A stretch of 64,000 nt of DNA, taken from Pocillopora damicornis (Eukaryota). Where the stretch lies: the NCBI RefSeq assembly GCF_003704095.1, contig NW_020843402.1, positions 1,054,001 through 1,118,000 on the forward strand, read 5' to 3'. The number at the start of each line of letters is the position of its first letter. Position 1 is the first letter of the stretch. The notes under the pieces are model-generated. The model had not been told where the DNA came from. It saw only the letters and a program-made list of their open reading frames with translations, and did no database searches. The position numbers and the translations under genes are program-made. This document shows positions 13,057 to 23,737 of the stretch, one piece after another.

Positions 13057-13119
13057 AAAACCGTCTTTACGGTGGCTAACTTACGTTATCAACTGAGTTG
13101 ACAATACTAAATTACCCAG
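12857..13119. mobile_element. Penelope-like element remnant (partial inverted pLTR) with minimal hammerhead ribozyme
   Basis: Shares the tail gggtaagtttc..tgtggtgctgcgtcg..ggagagtata and the inverted arms of the 14364 copy. HHR motif gctCTGACGAagggctaacgcttGAAACGTCagc at 13020-13053. Short flanking repeat tctttag at 12850 and 13120. Confidence 0.75.
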
Positions 13120-13644
13120 TCTTTAGGATGAGTTTTGAGTTGCCGACGTTTCTGGTAATTGTGGGGTATATGTTGATCTTCATTCATTTCATACGTAAAT
13201 AAATTATTCAAAACAGAGCCTATAATCCATCGTATCGTATTCTTCTAAGATTGTGCTTTTGAATTGTAGCGTTACGTGTATTAGAGGCAATCTTTTAGGA
13301 AGATATCGCCTCTCCTTAAGTCTCCTTCATAGGCGTTATTAGGGATGTCACTCAACCTACCCACAGAGTAAAAGAGCTTTCGCTCAATCAGCATCATAAG
13401 GGTCTTAAGGGTCAAACAAGCCTATGGCGTGTCTCCTTTTCCCCAGTCCTGCAGAGAGAAAAAATTCCTTGAGATGAGGAGACAAACTTCACTAAGAGGA
13501 GGGATTCCCACCCAAAGAAAAAAATGGAGAAAAAAATGGAGAAAGGTGAAGAACGAGCAGATATATAAATATACATATTTATATACATACATATAGATTT
13601 TCTCAATCGTATCATCCTCCCCATTCCCGCTTACATGGTTCGCG

Positions 13645-13990
13645 NNNNNNNNNNNNNNNNNNNNNNNNNNNNNNNNNNNNNNNNNNNNNNNNNNNNNNNN
13701 NNNNNNNNNNNNNNNNNNNNNNNNNNNNNNNNNNNNNNNNNNNNNNNNNNNNNNNNNNNNNNNNNNNNNNNNNNNNNNNNNNNNNNNNNNNNNNNNNNNN
13801 NNNNNNNNNNNNNNNNNNNNNNNNNNNNNNNNNNNNNNNNNNNNNNNNNNNNNNNNNNNNNNNNNNNNNNNNNNNNNNNNNNNNNNNNNNNNNNNNNNNN
13901 NNNNNNNNNNNNNNNNNNNNNNNNNNNNNNNNNNNNNNNNNNNNNNNNNNNNNNNNNNNNNNNNNNNNNNNNNNNNNNNNNNNNNNNNNN
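13645..13990. other. Assembly gap (346 N)
   Basis: Run of N. Confidence 1.
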
Positions 13991-14370
13991 AAATAGTGAA
14001 GAAAATACCTATGAATTTATTCCCTTTTACTCGTTCTAACCGGAATAACCACACGGTACCATGCATATGAATCATACCAGAAGCTCAGTCAATGTTCCTA
14101 TATGAATTACGCGGTGCAGAATTTTGTTTGCGATAGAGAAAGGGGGCTTGAGTCGGGTCGCATAACGAAAGTTTCAATCTCGAACCCAATGTCATTTTGG
14201 CTCCTTGTTAACGGTATGGTCACTAAATAATGAATGTCTGTTTGGCCAAGGTAGGTCATGTATGAGGAACTATTATGGACATTACTTACGCTATTTGGCG
14301 ACCACACCGCTGACTAGGAGCCAAAATGACCCTGGGCTCTAGATTGCGAAAGTTATTCCATTCGAATAAA

Positions 14371-14415
<45 letters not shown>

Positions 14416-14483
14416 TATAGCAGGTAATTTAATGTTAACAACTGGGTTGAAAACGTAAATTAGCCACCGTAAAGGGTAAAAAA

Positions 14484-14517
14484 GCTGACGTTTCGAGCGT
14501 TAGCCCTTCGTCAGAGC
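14484..14517 (-). ncRNA. Minimal hammerhead ribozyme motif (mirror copy)
   Basis: Exact reverse complement of 14663-14696. Confidence 0.8.
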
Positions 14518-14662
14518 GATTAGAGGAATTGTGGGTTGTGTGTGGATTTATATGTAGGAAGTGGAGCTACGCCATTGGTGGGAATCGTCACCACATTCCC
14601 ACCAATGGCGTAGCTCCACTTCCTACATATAAATCCACACACAACCCACAATTCCTCTAATC

Positions 14663-14696
14663 GCTCTGACGAAGGGCTAACGCTCGAAACGTCAGC
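14663..14696 (+). ncRNA. Minimal type-I hammerhead ribozyme motif
   Basis: gct-CTGACGA-a-gggc(taac)gctc-GAAAC-GTC-agc: conserved CUGANGA/GAAA core, 4-bp stem II, 3-bp stem I, palindromic ACGT minimal stem III and GUC cleavage triplet. Confidence 0.8.
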
Positions 14697-15816
14697 TTTT
14701 TTACCCTTTACGGTGGCTAATTTACGTTTTCAACCCAGTTGTTAACATTAAATTACCTGCCTTATTCCATTCGACCCAAGCCTCTCTCCAATCCATCCGT
14801 GTTTTGTTTTTGTCAACGTTTGTTGTATTTATTTCCCTTTCTTTTTGAGTGTGCCCTTGTCTAAACACCGAGATTACTACCACGTCTTTAATAGTTCAGT
14901 TAAATCACCTACACCCTGATGAGCCGAAAAGGGTTCTGAAAACTTACCCACGAACAACAAGGAAAGCCACTTGAAGGGCTGAAGCTTCCAGAAAATAGCC
15001 CAGGAAACCCTATTTCGAAAAGTCGGATGTATCGGCCTCAGAGAGTAAATGTTGAGTAAGAATATGATAACGCAGAAGGATTCTACGACTTCTACTGTGT
15101 CTAAATCAGGTCTTACTATGGCCTTAGTCGATGCCAGCACACCAAGATTTTCTGACGCAGAAAATTTCTTCACTCCTCTTTCAAACCGAACTTAACTGAA
15201 ACGGCACAGATATGATCATGAGTTTGTGAGTAAAATCTAAGTTGCATACATTATCTACTGACAGAGGGGGTCGGTGTAATGGACATCTTCGAGTCCAAAC
15301 TCAGCCTCTAGGCTTTTATTTTACGACAGACTTGATTGTTTCTTCCCATTCTCAAACTTGGTGACATTTTCCCCAAACACCACCCTGGGAATATAGTTAC
15401 CTTCGACATACCACATATCTCAAAAAAGAAGCCTTTTCTAACTGGATATTTTTCCCTACTCTTGAATAGTAGCAATCTGTTTTGAAATAAGTTTTTGCTC
15501 TACAGCGTAATGTATGTAGTTCGTTGCAAAAAACCTGACGCTTTACCTCAGCCGCGGGCAGAGATTAGTCAATTCCGAACTGAGCTTACAACTAAACAGA
15601 TTGCTACAACAATGTTATTCTGCGGGGTCCCACCATCTTAGTAGTTCGGAAATCCGCAGAACTCTAGAACAAAATTTATCTTTAAATCGGAACTTTTAAT
15701 CCCCATGCCCCAAGGTATCAACGGACGCCATTCATTTAACTTATTTATCATTGTGTTTTCACTTTACCATGTTCCTACCAATAACTTAGCCCTATTTTTT
15801 TGTACTTAAATCTCTA

Positions 15817-15911
15817 TTTGCTGTGACGAAGGGCCAACACTCGAAACGTCACGTTAAAAACTCTTTTCGGTGGTCATTTGACATTATAAACTCCACTGAT
15901 AAAACCAAATT
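15817..15911 (+). mobile_element. Degenerate copy of the same Penelope-like/HHR repeat
   Basis: gctGTGACGAagggccaacactcGAAACGTC followed by a diverged cggtgg...ttat..aact arm. Core C3 is mutated. Confidence 0.6.
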
Positions 15912-16431
15912 AGATACTGTGTACCTACTTATGAAAAAAGTATTTTAATATTCTTGGCTACTTTGAGCCCGGAAAATAACGAAGGAAATTTGTTGCATGT
16001 CTTGCATGGCGTATACGTGTGTTGTAAAACCCGGGATATTGCGTGTATAAGTGAGTTAACGCATTTTAAATGCGTCATTGGTACAGTAGAACACATTCTT
16101 TATTGTCTTCGATTATTCAACGATACTGTACGTGACCCGAATATGGTACTCCCAACCCCTCCCCTCAGGAAAACCTGGAACAAATACTGCATGTTGTTTT
16201 AACCCAATCCCACCCTTCCTCCTCCCCAGCCCCACCTCTTTACACACCTCTTTACATGCGCCAGCTTGCTTTCCGCGCGTCTTATTTTTGTTCTCATTTC
16301 ATGATTCTGCCGCTCATCTGGCTCTTTACTCCTGAACTTTAGCCTTCTATATCCACTCGTAGAAGTTGAATCATTTCCAACATTGCAATTATTTGTCGCA
16401 AAAAGGGGAAAAAAAGTGTTCATGTCTATTA

Positions 16432-16575
16432 CACGTGTGGTAATTCACGAGTCAGCTCAGTCGCGCACTTAAAGCCCTCCCCCTAGGGGAAAAATTGTCA
16501 CATGTTCACGTGAGAAGTGGACCTTGATGTAAGTTTGTGAATGAAGACCACGTGAAAGTGATTGAGTGACCAATC
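16432..16575 (+). promoter_or_regulatory. E-box cluster and CCAAT box upstream of the second carrier gene
   Basis: CACGTG at 16432, 16507 and 16549, and ccaatc at ~16570, 165-310 bp before the ATG. Confidence 0.55.
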
Positions 16576-16738
16576 AAATTAAGTCAAGCAACTGTCTACA
16601 GCCATGGCCATGTGATTCCTGCGGAGTTTGTAGTAAACAGAGTACAAGGTTCGTTATGTCATACTATTCAGGATTAGTTACCTAAATACTCGGGGTGAGA
16701 AGAAAACGAACCTTTTTCACTGCGAGATCCATCCAGAT

Positions 16739-19700
16739 ATGAGTAAAGGAAGATCCCCGTACGTCCATTTAGTGGCTGGAGGGTATGTTAGTTTGAAAAG
16801 AGATGTGTTTTCCTTTATTTGATCGTTTTAAATACACATGCCATAACATCCCGCCAACCGTTGTTTTGCTTGAACGAATCCGCAATTTTGTGTGAGTGAA
16901 TTCGTGCCTCACAGAGTGTGCGATTTTCCATCTCTCCGTGAAAGTAAGCCATGTGTTATCGAGAAATGTAGTACTGTGAAGTAAGAGTCTAAGATTCCTT
17001 ACGAAAATATGAGAAATTGGGAAACGTGTGCCTATGATTACACAAGCGCTTTTAAAGTATTGTGTCTGATACAATGGAGCTTTTTTTTTTAACGCATCCG
17101 TTAATGTTATATGTTTGATGTTAGTAGAAATCCACCTTAAATAACGCTTCCCCTTGATAAGTCCCCGTCACTTCATCCATCATGGGTGAATTTCCGAATG
17201 TAAACTCTATTTTAACCTGCGATACTGTTGTTGAAGGGTGCGTTCCTACTAGTGGATACTACTAGTATACTACTTCTGAAAGTGCAAGAAAAAACAAGCT
17301 TAACTAATTTTGCTTTTTACTCTTTTCAGTATTGGAGGCACCGTCGGTGCTACATTGACGTGTCCTCTGGAGGTCGTAAAGACGAGATTGCAGGTACGAT
17401 TATCCAAAACTATCAAAAACTCCTATAAGACATAAAATATATGTCAAAGCTTTTTTAACCAAGAGTCACATTCGCCTGTTTGCAATATTTATTTTGCAAT
17501 TTGTTTATGAATTTTCATAGCCTGCTTTCCATGCTATCTTCAATTCTTGCGAAAGCGCGCTATTGTGAATGGGACGAAATCGAGCTCACATTACCATTTG
17601 AAGTAATAACTTGTCTGGATATGATTGAAACTCTTTTGCAATCAAAGTTGTTAAGTTTGTTCTCAAGCAGACCTTCTCAAAGTAAAATTACTGGCTACCT
17701 TCTTTACTTTGTGGGATTGCATTACTATCATGGGTGCGAGTCTGACTCGGATGACAAGCACGTTTTTTGGGACTGACCTGGTTTACGCATTTTAAGAATG
17801 ACTTGAGTCGTGACTTGTTAAGAATCCTGTCCTATGTAGAGTCCTTTTCACTGGGCTGGTTTGGTTTTCAGAATGTTACCTTGCCACTTTTCCCTCTTTC
17901 AGAATTTCAATTTGTTACTGTGAGAAAAAAGGCAAGTGGGCCATTAGGCTGCAATAGGTCACGTTTTTAACACCCAAGGCTGGTGTCAAAGCCCTGTCTG
18001 TGTGTTAGTTGAGGTAGCCAAGCTTTAACTTCCATACATGAATAAATTTGGTTGACCTGAATATCAGCTCTGTGACTGTTCCGATGTAAAGTATACACAA
18101 AATATAATATCTCAAGTAGGCAACATTGATTTCTGGTCTGTTTATGCAATAGGTCACGTTTTTAACACCCAAGGCTGGTGTTAAAGCCCTGTCTGTGTGT
18201 TAGTTGGGGAAGCCAAGCTTTAACTTCCATACATGAATAAATTTGGTTGACCTGAATATCAGCTCTGTGACTGTTCCGATGTAAATTATACACAAAATAT
18301 AGTATCTCGAGTATGCAGCCTTGATTTCTGGTCTGTTTAGAAGAGGCCTTGAGATTGCAGCTATAAAACCTAACAGAAACTTTTAATGACAAACTGTGTG
18401 CTACAAATGACGTGCTGTTACTAGTCTCATCATTGAGAACAGTCTTTCTTGTTCAGTCCTCAGTTCCAACTTTTAGACATGTTCTGTACCCATCAGCAAC
18501 CGGTCCTGGTGGTATTTGGAGTATTCCAGTGGAGATCAGTTACTCAAGACCTGTTGGTATTCTGTCCTGTTTAAAACATATCACCCAAACAGAAGGTTTG
18601 GCAGCCCTGTTTAAGGGCCTTGGGCCTACATTAGTGGGAGTAGCTCCTTCTAGGGCATTGTACTTCACAGTGTATGCTAAAGCTAAACAAGTGCTCAACA
18701 GAAGCGGCTTTGTGTTTCCAGAAAGCAAACTTGTACATATTGGATCTGCTTGTTCGGCAGGTATGTTCTAACAAAATTTCGTAAAGTAGTATCTTGTTAG
18801 GCTTGGGTCTTTCCTCTCATGGCATGGAAAACTTTGTCAACTGAAGTATAAGGCTTTACAGTTGATAAATGCATTATCCATTGTGCAGCATTTGATTTTA
18901 TCAAAAGTTTTATTCTATTTCTTTTTTGAAAATGCTGTTTGTACTTGCATTATACTAAGTGACTTAATCCTTTCTTTCTATACAGGGATTGTGACCTCAA
19001 CTTTAACAAGTCCAATCTGGGTCATCAAGACAAGACTACAATTAGACAATAGGTAAAAAACTGAATTATATTTTCAAACAGGTCCCACTCATTGTAAGGG
19101 GAAATAAGGAGCATGCATGCTGTACGCAGTGATTTTGAAAATTATAATTCTTCCTTGGAATCTTACTAGTAAAATAAGGAGCTGGAGCAGGTTGTTAAAA
19201 GCTGGTTTACGATAACCCAGGGTTGGTGTGGAATTTGATTTCAGATCTAAAAGAAAATTCATTAAAAGTCCGTTTGAGCACAATTTGATGATTGAATGCT
19301 CTAAAATGAATTAAGAAAAGTATCCCAAAACAGCTTTTTAACAGAGAAAAATAGAAACCTGGATTAAAATAAAACCCTGGGCCAGGTTGTTTGAAGCTGG
19401 GTTAAGATAACCCAGGGTTAGTGTAAAATCTGATTTCAGGTCTGAAAGCTTAAAAAAAATTCAGTTGAATTTCTTTTTGTTTAGAGTATGACTACTTGAT
19501 GCCCTAAAAAGTACACAGAAAATTAATCCAAAAGGACTTTTGAATAAAGGAATAAAGAAACCCAGATTACAATTTAACCTTGGGTCAGTGCTAATCAGCC
19601 TTTGGTCAACTGAGTCCTGGGCTTCATTGTAATTTGTTTGTTTCTATTTCAGGGCTTCCAAGGGTCAAGTATTGAAACTTATCCAGAATATATGGAAGGC

Positions 19701-20139
19701 TGATGGAATAAAAGGTTTCTATAGAGGACTCACTGCAACTTATGTTGGTGTTACAGAAACTGTTATTCACTTTGTAATTTATGAACACATTAAAGCTGAA
19801 GTACAAAGACATCGTTTTAAATTGAGAGGCACTCATGACAAGAACATAGTGGACTTTTTGCAATTTATGATGGCTGCTGCAATGTCAAAGTGCATTGCAT
19901 CTGTTATAGCATATCCACATGAGGTTATCAGAACTCGACTTCGACAGAAAGAAATAGATGGAAAAAGAAGATATCACTCATTCTTCCAGGCTTTCAGGAA
20001 AATACTGCGAGAGGAAGGAAGAGTAGGACTTTATGGTGGACTTGGAACTCACCTTCTTCGTCAAGTTCCAAACACTGCATTAATGTTTCTGACTTATGAG
20101 GCTGTCGTAAATTTTTTCTCTAAAGAAGATTCTTTATAA
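16739..20139 (+). CDS. SLC25A36: Second SLC25A33/SLC25A36-type mitochondrial carrier, 5 coding exons, 321 aa
   Basis: Exons 16739-16782, 17330-17393, 18457-18760, 18986-19052 and 19653-20139 are in frame. Motifs: [72 protein letters not shown]. Confidence 0.9.
17950..18339 (+). repeat. Tandem duplication, 2 x 195 bp, in intron 2
   Basis: gcaataggtcacgtttttaacacccaaggctggtg starts at 17951 and again at 18146. The copies are near-identical. Confidence 0.95.
19185..19620. repeat. Two adjacent degenerate copies of an interspersed MITE-like repeat in intron 4
   Basis: The block aagctggtt..gataacccagggtt.gtg..aa.t.tgatttcag.tct.aaag recurs at ~19200 and ~19395. Confidence 0.6.
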
Positions 20140-21695
20140 ATGGTTATTTATTGTTTGATATTCTGGTTAAGTTAGGTTAATTTATTAATTCTAAGAGCAC
20201 TCAGTAAAGAGGGGCAAAAAAATCAAGGAAAGTGTGGTTTTAATTTTTCTTGTAAACTGGGTTGCCAACAGTTAATGCCTATTCTTACTGCTGTTCTAAA
20301 ACCTATGTAGTTATTGTACATGTAGTTATTGTACAGAATACAGGTGGAATAATGAATCTGTACAATCTTGAGTGACTTGTTTACTATAATTTCGGCAAAT
20401 GAATTTGATTGCACAAGTATTTTATGAGTTTCAAAGCAATCCATTTAATAAGTAGACTGAAAGTTTACTTTAAAAAATTGTAAATACTGATTTTATACAT
20501 TTGTAAAGAAGAGACTACCTGAATATGTTTGTTTTACTGAAAATAATTTTATCTTTTCAAAGTCATATTTAAAATTGTAACTGTTGACAAATAAGAGCAA
20601 ACAAACCTATGAACTAACTTAAATAAAGGTCAACCAACTTCAATGGAATCTCTCTTTTATTGCTAGTCGTAAGATAGTGACATGAATCTCTAGGTTAATC
20701 TCAAGCCATCCAATTTGTTTGGTGTTCAAGTGCCTGGCAAATGTCTTAATATCTTCTTTTTCTCATCAATGTTTACTCCAAATGGGGATTCTAAGCATAA
20801 CTGTTTTTGAGATGTAAATAGCAAGGGCAAGTTTAAAGTTCTCCATTCTTGGTGCTTATTGCACTGGTTTTAGAACGTGAAAATGATGACCTCACATTAG
20901 ATTTACAGGTGTCAAAGTGTACCAGGAGCAGTGTCCTAAGTCCTTATATGACTGCAAAGGATACCAACTGTACCCCTGAATTCATTTGTGAAGTAATGGA
21001 GTTATTTCCCCATGGGAATTGAAAATAAAATCAGAATATTCCTAAACACAAAGGCACGAAGACCAATTTGATACCAGAACTAGAAACTTATAGCTAAATG
21101 AAATGGTTATGTGGTCATGGTTAGTGTGATCAATGGGATATCACAGTTATCTGGGCAATGGGTCTATTTTACTCCTACACAGTCTACTTGTCTGATATCT
21201 TACTTGGACAAAGAGGCACAGCGTTAAGGTGAAAGAAGTTAACTACGTGCACAAGCCAATTACATTGAGACACTGCATCTGAGAAAACATGGGGCTCCCT
21301 CAGGCATGTAAAAGGATGCTGGAATGATGTCACTTATCAGGCTTAATCCACACCATTTAAGATAATTCTGACACTTCTTGAAAAGTTCAAGTCAAACCCA
21401 ACATTATACAGCAGAGTTAAACCATGAACTTGTATCAATAGGGTCTGAATGACAAACATTGAAAACATACAATATAAGTATCACTTTATTTAACAAACAT
21501 GCCAAAAGCCTTCTGTTGCAGTTCTAGAAAAATTTGGAAGATAACATCTGCAACTATCTTGAATGACCCAAGTAAGACCTATCCCTAAATTTACAGCAGC
21601 CAACACCAAGAATATAGAATTGTGAACAAGCTTGTCATTTTTTTTGACAAAGTCATCTACTGTCTATCCACTTTGAGGCAAGCCCACACTAGGTT

Positions 21696-23235
21696 TCAAC
21701 TCCCACGATAGGTTGAGTAAGAGAATGGACTGAGAAGAAGAGGAACATGATAATGCTGGGATGGGTCGCTGACAAGAAACACGATCTGAAAAAGAATAGT
21801 AACAAATTGACAATATTACACCACCATAGGACAAACTTGAGCAGATCATTTATTTGCTGAGGTTATTGATGCCTGTGATTTGAAATTAAACTTTTACTAA
21901 ATACTTGCTTTATTTTTAAAACACCCATAACAGACCAAACTGCTCTCCACTCAGTTCAACTACCATAATGATTATGAAGCTGAATGCAAGTCATTGTCTC
22001 ACAAGACACTGACATTCCTTGATATTTCAGGTAATTTTTCTGCATCAACTTAGGGAAGCAATTTGCCATGTTTGGTGGAAGAGCTTATGTACAACTAATA
22101 AGCAGAAATCTCTCTGCAGCACAACCAACTGAAACAGTATTTACTTCAGCAGACTCTCATTTTTTGGCAGTCATTTGCAGTTCATGTGGTGGGTTCTTGG
22201 CTAATGAATGGGGAGGAAAAATTACATCCAATAATAATAAGTATTTTTTAAATATGCAAACTTCCCCCCAAAAATCTTCCATTGGATTTTCCTCTACAAT
22301 TAGCTCTCCCACATCTTGCAAAAACACCCTTGCAGTCTGACCTGGAATCAAGTTAAGACTTTAAACTTGAAGTATGCTAGACCTTGTAACCTATCTCAGG
22401 TTGCTTTATGGGTTGTAACTATAGTACCTCTAGATAAAGGGAATAAGTATAGGTTGTGCAATGCCTTGAATCAGCGTTGATGTTAAATTTTTTAAATGAC
22501 TATATTTTAAACTTTCATTACCTCTACATATGGATAGAAAAATGAAGAAACCCCAATGTCCTTGAAGTATGCCTCTGTCTCAAATCTGATCATGTATTTG
22601 CCAGGTATAAACTGTTCTTGATTTAGTAAGTTGGCTACTCTACCATCAGCATTAGTTACCCTAAAAGAAATGGATGAAATAAAATAAAACATCCCAAGTT
22701 AGTTTACTTGCAAAATGGAAGTTAAAAAGAAAACAAAAAATGGTTCATAACTATTTCACTCACTTTAGGTATGTACAGCTATATCTTGATGGGTCTAATC
22801 TTTAGTTGATGTCTAAGAGTGCATTTTAATTGATTGTTGTAAAACCCAATCTAATTTAATACTAATTACAAGGTTAACCAGAACAAAAGAAAATAATAAA
22901 AAGTGCAATTGAAAACTCAAAGCAAAAACAAGCAAGTGTGCAAAAGACAAGTAACCAAGTGCTGATTAGACTTTGAGTTGTGCATCTGATGGCTGTGAGG
23001 GCAATGCAAGTTTCTAAAACAAAATCAATTTAATATTAGTTTCAGCTCTAAATTGAACAACTGAACTAAGTCTGTCCTACCCTGAGGCAATATGTTTCCA
23101 CATTCTACTGTCAGGACGCATTTCTTCAAAGTACAACTGAATCGGCAAGTTCTTAGCTGGTGAGCCTCTAGCTGTGTCCAGCACGTGAGTGGTCAGAGGA
23201 CTTCCAGTCATTGGACTACTATCACTGGTGGGATG
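21696..23235 (-). CDS. URAH: 5-hydroxyisourate hydrolase (transthyretin-related protein), three exons
   Basis: Exons 23235-23081, 22660-22522 and 21785-21696 give (HPTSDSSP)[19 protein letters not shown]...TNADGR...FFYPYVEIVF...[19 protein letters not shown]. The catalytic His/Arg/His and the C-terminal YRGS signature are intact. Confidence 0.95.
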
Positions 23236-23454
23236 CTGTCAGACACAGAAACAACCAGTCATCTACATATCACTTTCAAAATAGGTTGCAAGGAATTCAA
23301 GTAAAAAGTATGTGTAGCTAAGTCAAGGCCAGATTGAAAAAAAAAAAAAGCAACTTTGGGAAGCTAACTAATTTGGTCTTACCAACATGTTTAAAAAGTA
23401 CCCACATTTTAAATGTTAATATTCACTTTAAATTGCAATATGATTTTGGGGGAA

Positions 23455-23653
23455 AGATGTTTTTTGTCTTGTCATGAGTATGTGACAAAGAAAAAATTTT
23501 GAGTCCCCATGAGGAATTCAACCTCAGACCTTTGGATTTCATGCTTTGATGCTCTACCACTGAGCCACAAAGACTCTATGGTGAGCGAGGTCTTTTGTGA
23601 AGTTCATGACATGCATCCTACATACTGCTAGAATCATTAATGTCAATAGCATC
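23455..23653 (-). mobile_element. tRNA-derived SINE-like repeat
   Basis: Minus strand gtggctcagtggtagagcatc...ggttgaattcc (A and B boxes, 23568-23511). A homologous copy lies at 49425-49570. Confidence 0.7.
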
Positions 23654-23737
23654 ATTTTATTTGCATTTGTATGTTTGTGATTCTCACTTATGCTGCTGTT
23701 AACATAAAAGTATATGTTTTAAAGTTCAGAATACAAC

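Larger units (their letters stand above)
14364..14761. mobile_element. Young Penelope-like insertion: ~55-nt tail plus perfect 166-bp inverted repeat, with a hammerhead ribozyme on each strand
   Basis: Arms 14420-14585 and 14595-14760 are reverse complements around a 9-nt spacer. Flanking direct repeat ttattccattcga at 14353-14365 and 14762-14774. Confidence 0.85.

Noticed and set aside
13422-14075. Long ORFs in the track across N runs
   Set aside because: Artefacts of assembly gaps.
14912-14945. CTGATGAgccgaaaagggttctGAAAac hammerhead-like string
   Set aside because: Stem II does not pair properly and no closing stem I/III was found.
23511-23568. tRNA gene
   Set aside because: Degenerate B box, no intact cloverleaf, and part of a dispersed SINE.
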